64,000 bases of DNA from Setoptus koraiensis (Eukaryota > Animalia > Arthropoda): positions 620,001-684,000 of the forward strand of contig CM106586.1 of assembly GCA_048013815.1 (NCBI GenBank), in the 5' to 3' direction. Position 1 is the first letter of the stretch; every line of letters begins with the position of its first letter. The notes under the pieces were generated by a model that worked only from the letters and a program-made list of their open reading frames with translations, ran no database searches and was not told where the DNA came from. This document shows, in pieces, positions 1 through 12,114 of this stretch. The position numbers and the translations under genes are program-made.

Positions 1-1865
1 TGTGAATATCGTGATATTTGAACATGTTCCCACCTATCCGTTTTGATGATACTGCGTGTGTGTGTTGTGCATGTTGCTCGCTACATTCTGTGCAAGTATG
101 ATCAGAAATCAATTGGTCGTTTTCGAGACATAGAGAAATTTCGGATGACGGATGTCATGTATAGTCATCGATTTCTGAACATGTTCCCACCTATCCGTTT
201 TGATGATACTGCGTGTGTGTGTTGTGCATGTTGCTCGCAACATCATGTGCAAGTATGATCAGAAATCAATTGGTCGTTTTCGAGACAGAAAGAAATTTTG
301 GCTGACGGATGTCATGTGAATATCGTGATATTTGAACATGTTCCCACCTATCCGTTTTGATTATACTGCGTGAATGTGTTGTGCATGTTGCTCGCTACAT
401 TCTGTGCATGTATGATCAGAAATCAATTGGTCGTTTTCGAGACATAGAGAAATTTCGGATGACAGATGTCATGTATAGTCATCGATTTCTGAACATGTTC
501 CCACCTATCCGTTTTGATTATACTGCGTGTGTGTGTTGTGCATGTTGCTCGCAACATTTTGTGCAAGTATGATCAGGAATCAATTTGTCGTTTTCGAGAC
601 AGAAAGAAATTTTGGCTGACGGATGTCATGTGAATATCGTGATATTTGAACATGTTCCCACCTATCCGTTTTGATTATACTGCGTGTGTGTGTTGTGCAT
701 GTTGCTCGCAACATTATGTGCAAGTATGATCAGGGATCAACTGGTCGTTTTCGAGACAGAAAGAAATTTTGGCTGACGGATGTCATGTGAATATCGTGAT
801 ATTTGAACATGTTCCCACCTATCCGTTTTGATTATACTGCGTGAATGTGTTGTGCATGTTGCTCGCAACATTTTGTGCAAGTATGATCAGGAATCAATTT
901 GTCGTTTTCGAGACAGAAAGAAATTTTGGCTGACGGATGTCATGTGAATATCGTGATTTCTGAACATGTTCCCACCTATCCGTTTTGATTATACTGCGTG
1001 AATGTGTTGTGCATGTTGCTCGCTACATTCTGTGCAAGTATGATCAGAAATCAATTGGTCGTTTTCGAGACATAAAGAAATTTCGGCTGACGGATGTCAT
1101 GTGAATATCGTGATTTCTGAACATGTTCCCACCTATCCGTTTTGATTATACTGCGTGTGTGTGTTGTGCATGTTGCTCGCAACATTTTGTGCAAGTATGA
1201 TCAGGAATCAATTTGTCGTTTTCGAGACAGAAAGAAATTTTGGCTGACGGATGTCATGTGAATATCGTGATTTCTGAACATGTTCCCACCTATCCGTTTT
1301 GATGATACTGCGTGTGTGTGTTGTGCATGTTGCTCGCAACATCATGTGCAAGTATGATCAGAAATCAATTGGTCGTTTTCGAGACAGAAAGAAATTTTGG
1401 CTGACGGATGTCATGTGAATATCGTGATATTTGAACATGTTCCCACCTATCCGTTTTGATTATACTGCGTGAATGTGTTGTGCATGTTGCTCGCTACATT
1501 CTGTGCATGTATGATCAGAAATCAATTGGTCGTTTTCGAGACATAGAGAAATTTCGGATGACAGATGTCATGTATAGTCATCGATTTCTGAACATGTTCC
1601 CACCTATCCGTTTTGATGATACTGCGTGTGTGTGTTGTGCATGTTGCTCGCAACATTTTGTGCAAGTATGATCAGGGATCAACTGGTCGTTTTCGAGACA
1701 GAAAGAAATTTTGGCTGACGGATGTCATGTGAATATCGTGATTTCTGAACATGTTCCCACCTATCCGTTTTGATGATACTGCGTATGTGTGTTGTGCATG
1801 TAGCTCGCAACATTATGTGCAAGTATGATCAGGAATCAATTTGTCGTTTTCGAGACAGAAAGAAA
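1..1865. repeat. 157-bp satellite array A (about 12 units, continues off the left edge)
   Basis: gaacatgttcccacctatccgttttgat recurs every 157 bp; near-identical 71-aa ORFs at 43, 357 and 1456 are by-products of the repeat. Confidence 0.97.
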
Positions 1866-2245
1866 CCCATACCGGAAGTTTCATCAAGATCTGGTTGGTG
1901 ACCTAATCGCTAGAACAACCAATTTGGCAATTTCCTTGATCCACTCTCGAGACGTCCCAATGTCTGCGGCATTGAAAGTTTGACCTCCTTCCCGCAATGC
2001 TTAGCGACTTTATGAATCTCCTTTAATGTGTAGCTCAAGGATCTGGGGACGTTGTTGGTAAGTTTAAATAATCTAAGAAACTCATCAAGCGCACAAAGTG
2101 AAGCATAGGCGCACGTATCATTTCTCGATTGCGTTTGATTAATGACTTGAGCTTGAGTGACTCTCACAGATTCAAGAATATCATCCACTAAATGCTGAGT
2201 TATAGCGTCAGAGTTGAGAAAATTCACTGAATCAGTTATGTAAGT

Positions 2246-2698
2246 TCAATCTTGATTTTCATAATTCATGATAATAATCACCAAGAAGGAATGTGTGGCT
2301 TCGAACAAGAAACCGACATCGAAACCGTCTTTGAGAGAATCTTCAGTGGATGTGTGAATGTCTATAAGATGAATTTGATCCGAAAATTCTCTCTTTTCAA
2401 AATCAGTAATGTTTTCCAAACTCAACCATAAACTGACGTTGTGTTCGACTGGTGCGACATGATCTGAAATTCTTCTTCTACCTGCAAGAAAATCGGCAGT
2501 TGTTACCGGTGACTCACCGTATCTTGGGTTGTTCTTATGAAATTCAAGAACCAATTTCGCGCAACCTGGCATCAGATTCTCTATCGATTCCCAGGTTTTC
2601 TCGCCGCCATCCCATAAAATGTTATATAGTGTGAATCGAAATCTTGATTCCGTTACCCTTTCTGCGTCCATTACGTTTATAACTTTTTCGACTTTCGT
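2246..2698 (-). pseudogene. 5'-truncated chromodomain-containing coding fragment
   Basis: Frame reads KVEKVINV...LYNILWDGGEKTWESIENLMPGCAKLVLEF, matching the chromodomain pattern VEkI...Y.vkW.G..TWE..NL..C..L..eF. The frame is closed upstream at the start of the repeat at about 2698. Confidence 0.6.
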
Positions 2699-3700
2699 TT
2701 ATCCTAGCCTCGTCGCTCACTCGGACCACTCAAAATGTTGTCGGAGGGCCCTACGGGCCCTATGTGTGAAGTTTCATCGAAATCTGACTGGGTCACTATT
2801 CTCTACAACACCCGATATATCGGGTATTGTATCTAAGAGCGCCACACTTTTAAATCAATGAAACTCCACACATGGGGCCCGCAGTGCCCCATTAATACGT
2901 TTTGAGTGGTCCGGAAGTGCGGAAACTTCCGGTTCCGGTTTTACACAAACTTCGAGATACGAACTTGAAACTTCATATACTGTAGGATACAAATGTTACA
3001 AATTCAATGTCATCAAATTCAGGTTCGTACGACTTCCGGTTCTCGAAATATCTTCAAAAAGCGGTCTTTCTTCCGCGCAATCGATGGGATGCTGTGAAAT
3101 CTTGGGCTCCACAGTTCGCAGTCTGATCATCTCTTTGCTGGTGTATGGATTGCAGTCACGTGAGCGGAGGGCTGAGCGCGCAGCCCGATACCCGAAACGC
3201 TCATCAACCGTACCCGAAGGGTTCCCGTCGCACGGAATCGTCGCGGGAGCGACGACGGAGATGTGACGGCCTCCAGAATACGAGGCCGCAGGCCGAGTCT
3301 TCAGACCAATCACAAGCCGATCGAAGCTAAGGCCTATTTCTGCCATTCCTTGCTCTATTGGATGCGACTTCATCGAGGAACCGAAAAAAACCCCGAAAAA
3401 ATACCCGCAAATCCCCAAGCGGCTGTCGGGTACCGTTGAACGCCCACTGAGCGGTACCTCGGTTATCTCGATAACGAAGAATTTCCGCACTTCCGGAATA
3501 CCCATTCCGGTATCGGGGTACAGTACCCTACCCAAAAATACCCAAAATACCCCGAAAAAAGTGTGGCGCTGTTAGATACAATAACCGATATATCTTCTCC
3601 CCATCGCTCCTTATATGCGTATCGATATTCAGATATCTAGAGAGCCTTGGTATATATGACCCATTTTCTTCGTTAATTTTGAATTTTTCGGATAACATCT
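2698..3700 (+). mobile_element. Dispersed repeat family A with an internal inverted repeat (possible non-autonomous Helentron-like element); right end undefined
   Basis: About 2720-2782 is an imperfect inverted copy of about 2855-2912. gagtggtccggaagtgcggaaacttcc recurs at about 30525, and about 3450-3590 recurs at about 5320-5460. Begins in a T-run (tttatcctagcc). Confidence 0.5.
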
Positions 3701-3846
3701 CTCTGAGAACTTTGATAAGTTTATCAAAATCATGATCTCTCAAACATTTCTCGGGATAATGCGGCTGGAAATATCCCTTCCGCTTGAATAGACCAGTCTG
3801 TACGAATACAAGTGGTTCGTTGTGTAGTGCGTATGTGCCTTTTTGC

Positions 3847-4899
3847 TAGCGCTTAATTCTAATTAAGCGCTAATGATGTAGTGATGATGGATCCTAAATG
3901 GAGGAGGCAATCCACACACAAGCCTACAATTTTGAGTCACGCCCCCTTTTTAGCACACAGTAAGCTTCAGCTTGGAAGAGACTTAAGTCGCTACGCTCTC
4001 TAGCACACAGTAAGCTACATACTAGTTTGAGACTTAAGTCACTCCGCCTACCTGATACACAATAAGCTACACACTAGGTTAATTTGAGTATTCCACCTCC
4101 CTAGCACACAAAGGACTACGGATTTGATAAGCTACACACAAGCTTAAGTTGAATCGATTTATTAGCACACAACTAGCTACAGATTCGATCGAGAATTAAG
4201 TCACATCTAACTATAAAAATTTAAGACTTTAAGTAAATCCAACTCTATCAATCGATGAGCTGTACGAAGTGGTTGAGCAATCATTAAACACCAGATCTCG
4301 AGTCAGTTAACATAGAATAATACAAGAATGTCTACTAAAATGATGATCAAAAGCCTTAGATATGAGACTAAAAATGCAAAGGTCATAGGTAGAGTTCTTA
4401 GAAAATATCCTTTAAAAGAGCTCACGAATGGAAATTCTTTGTTATCATTCAGAATTCAAGATAAATCCGCCGCGACTGGGTTGTTTTGATAAGATTATTA
4501 GTGAAACTTACTTTGCAGATTGAACATTCAGTCTCCATGTTTAGATGTGAATAAATTTCAAAATCAGAGTATAACAATTACCAAATGACTATTACCAATT
4601 GGATTTGTCCAGACTGTGAGTTGATAATTTGCAGATATCAAATTTCAAATCTCAATAGAGCTAACATGTGTAATGTTTAGATACTTTGACACGAGAATTG
4701 AGAGACTCAAATCTCCATAGGGTTAACTCTGAATCAAGCTGTAGCTTACCGTGTATTAGTGAATGGAGCGACTCAAGTCTCAATCAAGCTGTAGCTTTCT
4801 ATGTGCTAAGGAGGGGGCGTGACTCAAAGTTGTAGGCTTGTGTGTAGATTTCTCCTCCATTACATCAATAGCGCTTAATTAAAATAAAATTAAGCGCTA
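3847..4899. mobile_element. About 1.05-kb foldback-like unit bounded by two inward-facing family-B (HINE) 5' ends
   Basis: Palindrome tagcgcttaatt..aattaagcgcta at 3847-3872 and 4869-4899. The flanking ~100 bp are imperfect inverted repeats (atggaggag..cacacacaagcctacaa..tgagtcacgcccc on both arms). Confidence 0.7.
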
Positions 4900-5299
4900 A
4901 AAATTTGTTGCCGATAGGCCTCCCAGAGCTCAATCAATGATAGATGTTCCAGGGTCTTCAAAAGAGGCTCCGGCTCACAAGTCAGGGTAGATGGCAATCA
5001 AGGGATCTGACAATTCGACAGGCCGGCCTGCACATCGTGGCACCTCCTGAGGGGCGCAGTCCTGAAGTGCGTGCTCAGAATCCTGTCGATGATTCAGCGC
5101 GTCTATGGTCGACCAACGATCCGCAGACGCAGTTTCACTCCCCGCCGCATCCATTGGTCACGCCTCCTAAGTCAAATTACTTTTATTCTGCTCCTGTGGC
5201 CGCTAGGAAGAATCTACCCTCTGTAAATGACCGTCAGTACTACCCCGGATGTGAGTGCGGGATGGTACGGCCGCCCGTACCTCTAATATGCCCAGAAAT

Positions 5300-5480
5300 A
5301 CCCTAAAATACCCTCAAGGCGGCACCTCGGGTATCTCGGGAACGAAGAATTTCCGCACTTCCGGAATGCTTTTTACGATCCCAGGGTATTATACCATAAC
5401 CGAAAATACCAAAAATACCCAAATTGGGCGTGGTCACTATTCGATGGAATAACCAGATGTTTCATTTGCCGTTAAGTTCT
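5300..5480 (+). repeat. Second copy of a family A segment
   Basis: gcggcacctcgggtatctcgggaacgaagaatttccgcacttccggaat matches about 3450-3500. Confidence 0.7.
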
Positions 5481-5569
5481 CACATCATGGGTGACCAATG
5501 GGATGCCAGACGGAGCAACTTTAGAGAATCAACCCGAGATTATGAAGAATATATATTCCTTCTCATCTA

Positions 5570-7010
5570 AAGCCTTCTATTCTAAACGACTGTCCGATGC
5601 TCAAAAGAGGTATACAACATCAGAACAAGAGGCTCTCGCCATAGTCAAGGTCATCAACCACTGGCACTACTACTTGGATAGACATCCCTTTAATATTCGG
5701 ACCGACCACAAACCACTAACATGGCTGCAATCGATCACCAACAAGAACAGGCGTCTATTCAACTGGTCGATCAAGTTATCAGTCCATGATTATAAGGTCG
5801 AATACCTGGCAGGCGAGACCAACATTGAGGCTGACGCATTATCCAGAGCACCAGTCTGTAATCTTGTCACTCTACAAGAAGTCAGAAACGCCCTCAATCG
5901 GTCTGATGAACCGATTCCGGCTCAATCTTTTGAAGAGGATGGAATCATCTATATTAACATAGAAGGAAAACGAAAACTTTTCGTTCCAGAATCCATAAGA
6001 AGAACACTTGTAGCAGAGACTCATAAGCGTTTCGGACATCTGGGAATACGCTCAACCAGTAATATCATCCAACTTAAGTATTACTGGCCAAACATCAACT
6101 CCGACATCAAGCATTTTCTCAACAATTGCGATACTTGCGCAAGATGCAAGAATTACTCTAGGATTAAGAAAGGAGAGCTCCGACAAATACCCGGCATAGC
6201 TCAACCATTGGAGATGTTATCTATGGATACAGTGAGCGGATTCAGAGACTACGGATCACTTAAGACCAACATGACCGTAGTGGTCGATCACGCAACAAGA
6301 TATGCTTGGACATTTGCCTCAAGAAGCATTAAAGATGATCAAGCAATCAACTGTATTCGACAGATAACCCAAGCGGTTGGACCAATCAAAGCCATACTTA
6401 CCGATAGATATCCAGCATACTTCAGCAGAAGATTCAATAGATTCCTCACCAATAAGAACATTGAACACAAGTTCACAACTCCGTATCATCCACAAGCCAA
6501 CGGGATTTGCGAGAGAATCAATCGGACAATCACCAATAAACTGCGATGCCTTAAAACCGACGATCCCAGATCATCATGGGTCAAGCTCCTCAAAATAACT
6601 ACTAAACAATACAACAACACTGTACATGCCGCAACAGGATTTCCACCCAGTTATCCAATGTTTGGAAGATCCACAGACATTATATAAACAATAACCACAA
6701 TTTCCCCCCACTAGAGCAAGCCAGAAGAGAGGCTTTGGAGAATGTACAGAAGTTGCACAATACTAACAAAAACCGACATGACCGGACCGAGGTACCGGTA
6801 GACATCAATGTAGGCGATTGGGTCTATACCAGAAGACCACAACAACTTAACAAAGAGAAGTTGGATAATCCCTACGAAGGGCCATGGTAAGTAGTGAGTA
6901 GAGTCTCATCAACAGTGTTCGAAGTTGCTAAAGGAGACCAGCAGAACAACAAGCCAACAACTTACTTCCATAGCACAATGCTGAAGAAGGCAACAGTCGA
7001 TATGTAAAGT
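5570..7010 (+). mobile_element. Ty3/gypsy pol fragment (RNase H + integrase), 5'-truncated and disrupted
   Basis: ORF 5491-6687 has RNase H motifs (FYSKRL..QKRY..EQEALAI..TDHKPL), integrase HHCC (HKRFGHLG..CDTC) and the D-D-E core (MDTV, TDRYP, NGICERIN). RNase H precedes integrase, the gypsy order. Confidence 0.92.
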
Positions 7011-7179
7011 ATGAAAGCCTAACAGCGCTCTTGGTGGAAGAGCCAGTAATTGTACAGAACTTATAAACGAAACACGCACGAGGACTCCCCTAGTGATGAA
7101 AAGACGAAACATAGCTCAAACACATACTAAGAGTCTCGCTATATCGCGCGCGCATAGATAACTTATATCCAATTGATAA

Positions 7180-7722
7180 GTGATAATTACAGCTCATTAT
7201 CATTACAACACCAAGATGAATTTCAACAACAATATTATAGAAGAGCCATGGTGGCTTATTGACAATCGCCACAACAACAATGGCGAATATTCATCATTTA
7301 TTGGTATGTTGCCACAGGCCACCACAATGATGGGCGACGATTACATAGCCAACAGGAGGCCATTGGCCGAAGAATGGGGCCCGGTTGGACCATATCGGGG
7401 CACACCAGCATCGCCGGACAATCGGATCTAATCCGACCTGTCCACACCGACCCAGGAAGAGGCCTTGGCCATCTTAGCCTGGCTCGAGGAAGAGCCGCCG
7501 GCATGGCCGGAATACGCTCTGTCACCGGAGCCGGCTAGTGAAGCCGACGGGGCCCAAGAAGAGGCCGAAGAAGCCGAATTCGACTCCCCTCCCGAGTCGC
7601 CAACCATAGTTGTGGGATTTCCACCTCGGGAGGGGGAGGGATGTACAGGCACTGCCTGCAACAACAACAACAAGCAACAACAGCTTATCGATTATAACGA
7701 GGACTCTACAGAGTGGCCTTAA
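7180..7722 (+). pseudogene. Extra acidic/Pro-rich ORF between pol and the 3' LTR, split by one in-frame stop
   Basis: ORFs 7180-7431 and 7465-7722 are in the same frame, separated by TAA at 7429-7431. Confidence 0.4.
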
Positions 7723-7924
7723 AGTCACTCTGTAGAGTCCCTCAAAGCACTATCACAGGCTCCACTACAGCCTTAACTCCTCTTATGAAGACCTGCAGTG
7801 GAGTCTGCGACCCCTCTTGGGTCTGCCTTTGGCAGTGCTGCACCGACCCCTATATATTGGGGCAGCACTGCCAGCTGAGCTCACTCTTGTATCTAAGTTC
7901 AGTCAATAAACATCTAAGTTTTAT
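7628..7924 (+). mobile_element. Polypurine tract and truncated gypsy 3' LTR
   Basis: PPT gggagggggaggga (7628-7641) immediately followed by TGT at 7642; TATA-like tatatat at 7851; aataaa at about 7905; cut at 7925 by a HINE 5' end. Confidence 0.75.
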
Positions 7925-9623
7925 TAGCGCTTAATTTTAATTAAGTAGCTATTGATGTGGTTCTGGCAGATACGTTCATTCACGTGGGTAGAACAAATCA
8001 GTGCTTTTTAGCGCTTAATTTTAATTAAGTAGCTATTGGGGTGGTTCTGGCAGATACGTTCATTCACGTGGGTAGAACAAATCAGTGCTTTTTTTAACTA
8101 GAAAAAAATAGCACGGTGAAGGCTGAACTGTGAGAAATAAACTAGATAAATTTAGAACAGTCAAAGCTTACAATGTTGATTAGTTAAATTTAGCACATAG
8201 AATGCTATGCGCGTTCACTTACTAGACGCGATTAGCACGCTCAAAGCTGAGATGCTAACTAGATGAATTTAGCACAGCAGAAGGCTAGCTGTCTTCAATT
8301 CTGATCTAGTGCACTGGAAGCTAGAGGTGTTGAAACTAGCAGATTGTAGAACAGTAGAAGCTACTCAGAACAACTACTGCTTCTCAGCACTGTTGATGCT
8401 ATTGTAGATAAAACTAGACGAGAGTAGCACGCTCAATGCTGCGATGCTAACTAGATGAATCTAGCACAGAGGAAGCCAAGCGGCGTACAATTCGGACTTG
8501 GCGCACGGGAAGCTAGGAGCCTTGTAACTAGAAGATTACAGCACAGCAGAAACTACTCAGTATAACTAGTAAGTCGTTCTAGTATTTGTGATACGCTTAG
8601 TAGTGCTGGGGGTGAGTAGCACAGTTACGGTTAAACTGGGTGACAGAAGTTGCAACTGAATATGAATGATTACCACACAAAGAAGGTTGCGTGTGATCTA
8701 AACATTAGATGAATATTATATCTGAGGGTGAGATGTTTACCAGATGAATTGAGCGTAGCAGGAGAATGGATGCAAACAATCGTTATTATAAACACAGGGA
8801 TATGATTTGTAGATAACTAGGATATTTAATAATTGGACATAGTGTAATAGAATGGACAGATCCGAACGAGGAAAATAAATTGATAATGACGACGATGGGT
8901 GGGAAAGACATAGCGGAGGAAGAAAAGAGAAACAGGAACAATTTCGAATGGATGAGATGCTCTATGCAAATTTTCACGGAATTCTAGGGGTGAGAAAATA
9001 TTCAGAATTCACGATATTCACATAAACATGGGTGTCGGAAAATTTGTGATGCGGCGGAAACAAGGAAGTACGTTCTGATCTAACTTGCACAGATTGACAC
9101 TAGCATTGTATCAGTGCTCTGTGCGAATTTTCACGGAAGTCTTACGGTGAGAACATGTTCAGAAATTCAAGTATTCACATGGACTGAGACATCCGGATAT
9201 TTCCAATGCTACGAAAACAAGCAAGTGCACATCAATGTCACTTGCACAGATAACTATCAGCATTGTACTGGTGCTCTGTGCAAATTTTCACGAAAGTCTT
9301 AAGGTGAGAACATGTTCAGAAATTCAAGTATTCACATGGACTGGGACATCCGGATATTTCCAATGCTGCGAAAACAAGCAAGTGCACATCAATGTCACTC
9401 GCACGGATTGACACAAGCATTGTATTAGTTCACTGTGCACGATAATCTTACTGTTAGAGCATGTTCAGAAATCAAGCTCTCCGCAAGACGGTCAACAATG
9501 ATTGCACACAGCTTCACACCTCTTCTGTCATCGTTATATGTTATCTCATACTCGCTTCTCTATTTCAACGGTACCATCTGAAAAATTAAGCGCTCGAGAT
9601 ACTGATCTAATCAGTATCACTTG
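7925..9623 (+). mobile_element. Complete non-autonomous Helentron-type element (HINE family B) with a tandemly duplicated 84-bp 5' end and about 3 internal 157-bp repeats
   Basis: 5' T-run + AGCGCTTAATT at 7925 and 8009. 3' subterminal inverted copy AATTAAGCGCT (9584-9594), perfect 9-bp stem gatactgat-cta-atcagtatc (9598-9618), then TT. ggtgagaacatgttcagaaattc occurs at 9146 and 9303 (157 bp apart). Confidence 0.82.
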
Positions 9624-9636
9624 TTACATTACCGAA

Positions 9637-11085
9637 TTATCGAATGAGTGTCAATCAATGGTTTAAGGGTTATTTTCAGACATAGCTCGATCAGTTGCCG
9701 TTGGTGGTATGCGTTGATTCTTTTTAATATCTTTGATGTGATGAAATTGAGCCTCTCATAGAGTGATGCTTTGTCTATAAGATCTTGTAATAGATCACAG
9801 CACAATTTGTCACATTTTTCTTTGGTTAATGGCGCTGATTCATGATTATAATCAGTAAGATCCAAGTTCCAAAGATCAGAAGATGAAAATCAATCTATCA
9901 TTCTGATGTAGATCATTGTGTCACTAACATTTAGCTGGGATTCTTTTGAGATATTTTCGAGATAAATGCAGTTGTGATGCGAAATCTTCTCCATAGTAAA
10001 ACACCGTGCTGAAGTTTGTTGTTCATTCAATGCTATAATCACAAGTTTATGCAAGTCATGTTATCAGTATCGTTCCATTGATGTCGTAGTCCCGACTTAC
10101 GAGGCTTCACAAGCGCACGGAGTGTTCTCAAAGCATCGAGTCGATCGCATAGTAACAAATCATTTTGAATAATAGCTCGCCTTCCATTAGATCGAAAACA
10201 AGCATGAACTTTGACGCGGTATACGGAGCACTGAATAAGAATCGATCAGTTATCGACCCGCCGGGCACATATTTCTCTGTTGTTAGGCGCGTGTTATCGA
10301 CTGTGCTTATGCTTTGTCATAACAAAGATCGTGTTCTTAATACTTTCCTAATTGTTGAGCAACAGTTGCCCTCTTTCCGGAAAAGGTTAGACGATCCCGC
10401 CTTCTCTGAACACGCTAGTTTTAACGAGTGAGGTGTGTGTTCAAATGGTTGCATGAAACCAGTTTCACGAGACGACATTTGTATCATTGTTTTATTTATT
10501 ATATTCATCTAATTTTTCATTCTTATTGTATATTTATTTATTATCATGATGTCCTCTGCCCCAGCTACAACGACAACCGCACCCTCAGGCGGACCCTCAG
10601 CCAGATCTACAGCTAGACCAGTCAGACACACAGCCGGACCAGTGCCCAGACCCACAGCGCCCGAAGCTGCCGGAAGCAGTAGGCGCCGCAGAGGCCGCCC
10701 CAGAGGCAGTGGCAGAGGTGGCAGCAGCAGCAGAGGCGTAGGCAGCGGCGGAGCCACACACACAGCAGCAACCACAACAACAACAAACCAAACCACAGCC
10801 ACACCAGCGAGCGCCGAGGGCGAAATAACAACACAGCAGACGGAAGGTGAGTATATCTCAATTTCATCTCGTATATTGACTATAAACAGATGAGTTATTT
10901 TTTTATCGAATGAGTGTCAATCAATGGTTTAAGGGTTATTTTCAGACATAGCTCGATCAGTTGCCGTTGGTGGTATGCGTTGCTTCTTTTTAATATCTTT
11001 GATGTGATGAAATTGAGCCTCTCATAGAGTGATGCTTTGTCTATAAGATCTTGTAATAGATCACAGCACAATTTGTCACATTTTT
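9637..11085. repeat. 183-bp direct repeats (9637-9819 and 10903-11085) enclosing about 1.1 kb
   Basis: ttatcgaatgagtgtc...aatttgtcacattttt occurs twice, 1266 bp apart; I see one mismatch. Confidence 0.95.
10546..10846 (+). CDS. Putative exon encoding an AT-hook, Thr/Ala/Gly/Ser-rich peptide
   Basis: GC-rich ORF starting at ATG; RRRRGRPRG at 10681-10707; ends at a strong donor AG|GTGAGT (10847). No downstream exon found. Confidence 0.45.
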
Positions 11086-11614
11086 AGCGCTTAATTTTAA
11101 TTAAGCGCTAATGATGTAGTGATGTTGGATCCTATAAATCACGCATGAATATCCACGCACGGTATGATGGTGGATACTAAATTCGTGCATTTCACAGTAT
11201 ATTCACCAGTTGTGCTATGGTGATTCACGCGCTGTGTGCTTGTGAATACTCCGACTTTGTATGCCAGTGAATATTCACGTACCGATTTATTCGTGGATAT
11301 TCACAGTTTTCGATCTTTAGAGTCACGCGCTGTGTGCTTGCAAACATTAGCACTAGTATAATCAGTGCTTAGTGAGTGTGTAGGTTGAAATGTGCTTCGG
11401 AGGTGGGAAGTACACTCAAGCTTGAGACTCGATAGTTCGTCCACCTCCCAAACACACATTTTTAGGAGGTGGATTGAATTTTGAGTCTCGGGCTCATGCA
11501 GAGGTTGATGTATAGTGAGGAGGTGGATCGATGCTATAACGAGATAGGTTAAGCTATTTCAAATAGCGTGGAGTGACAACTTAAGTCACTCCTCCTCCCT
11601 AGCACACAGTAACC
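11085..11614 (+). mobile_element. HINE family B 5' arm running into the gap
   Basis: Palindrome 11085-11110 followed by atgatgtagtgatg as at 3872. Comparison with the uninterrupted copy at 9811-9819 shows insertion after a T-run. Confidence 0.75.
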
Positions 11615-12114
11615 NNNNNNNNNNNNNNNNNNNNNNNNNNNNNNNNNNNNNNNNNNNNNNNNNNNNNNNNNNNNNNNNNNNNNNNNNNNNNNNNNNNNNN
11701 NNNNNNNNNNNNNNNNNNNNNNNNNNNNNNNNNNNNNNNNNNNNNNNNNNNNNNNNNNNNNNNNNNNNNNNNNNNNNNNNNNNNNNNNNNNNNNNNNNNN
11801 NNNNNNNNNNNNNNNNNNNNNNNNNNNNNNNNNNNNNNNNNNNNNNNNNNNNNNNNNNNNNNNNNNNNNNNNNNNNNNNNNNNNNNNNNNNNNNNNNNNN
11901 NNNNNNNNNNNNNNNNNNNNNNNNNNNNNNNNNNNNNNNNNNNNNNNNNNNNNNNNNNNNNNNNNNNNNNNNNNNNNNNNNNNNNNNNNNNNNNNNNNNN
12001 NNNNNNNNNNNNNNNNNNNNNNNNNNNNNNNNNNNNNNNNNNNNNNNNNNNNNNNNNNNNNNNNNNNNNNNNNNNNNNNNNNNNNNNNNNNNNNNNNNNN
12101 NNNNNNNNNNNNNN
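11615..12114. other. Assembly gap (500 N)
   Basis: Run of N. Confidence 1.
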
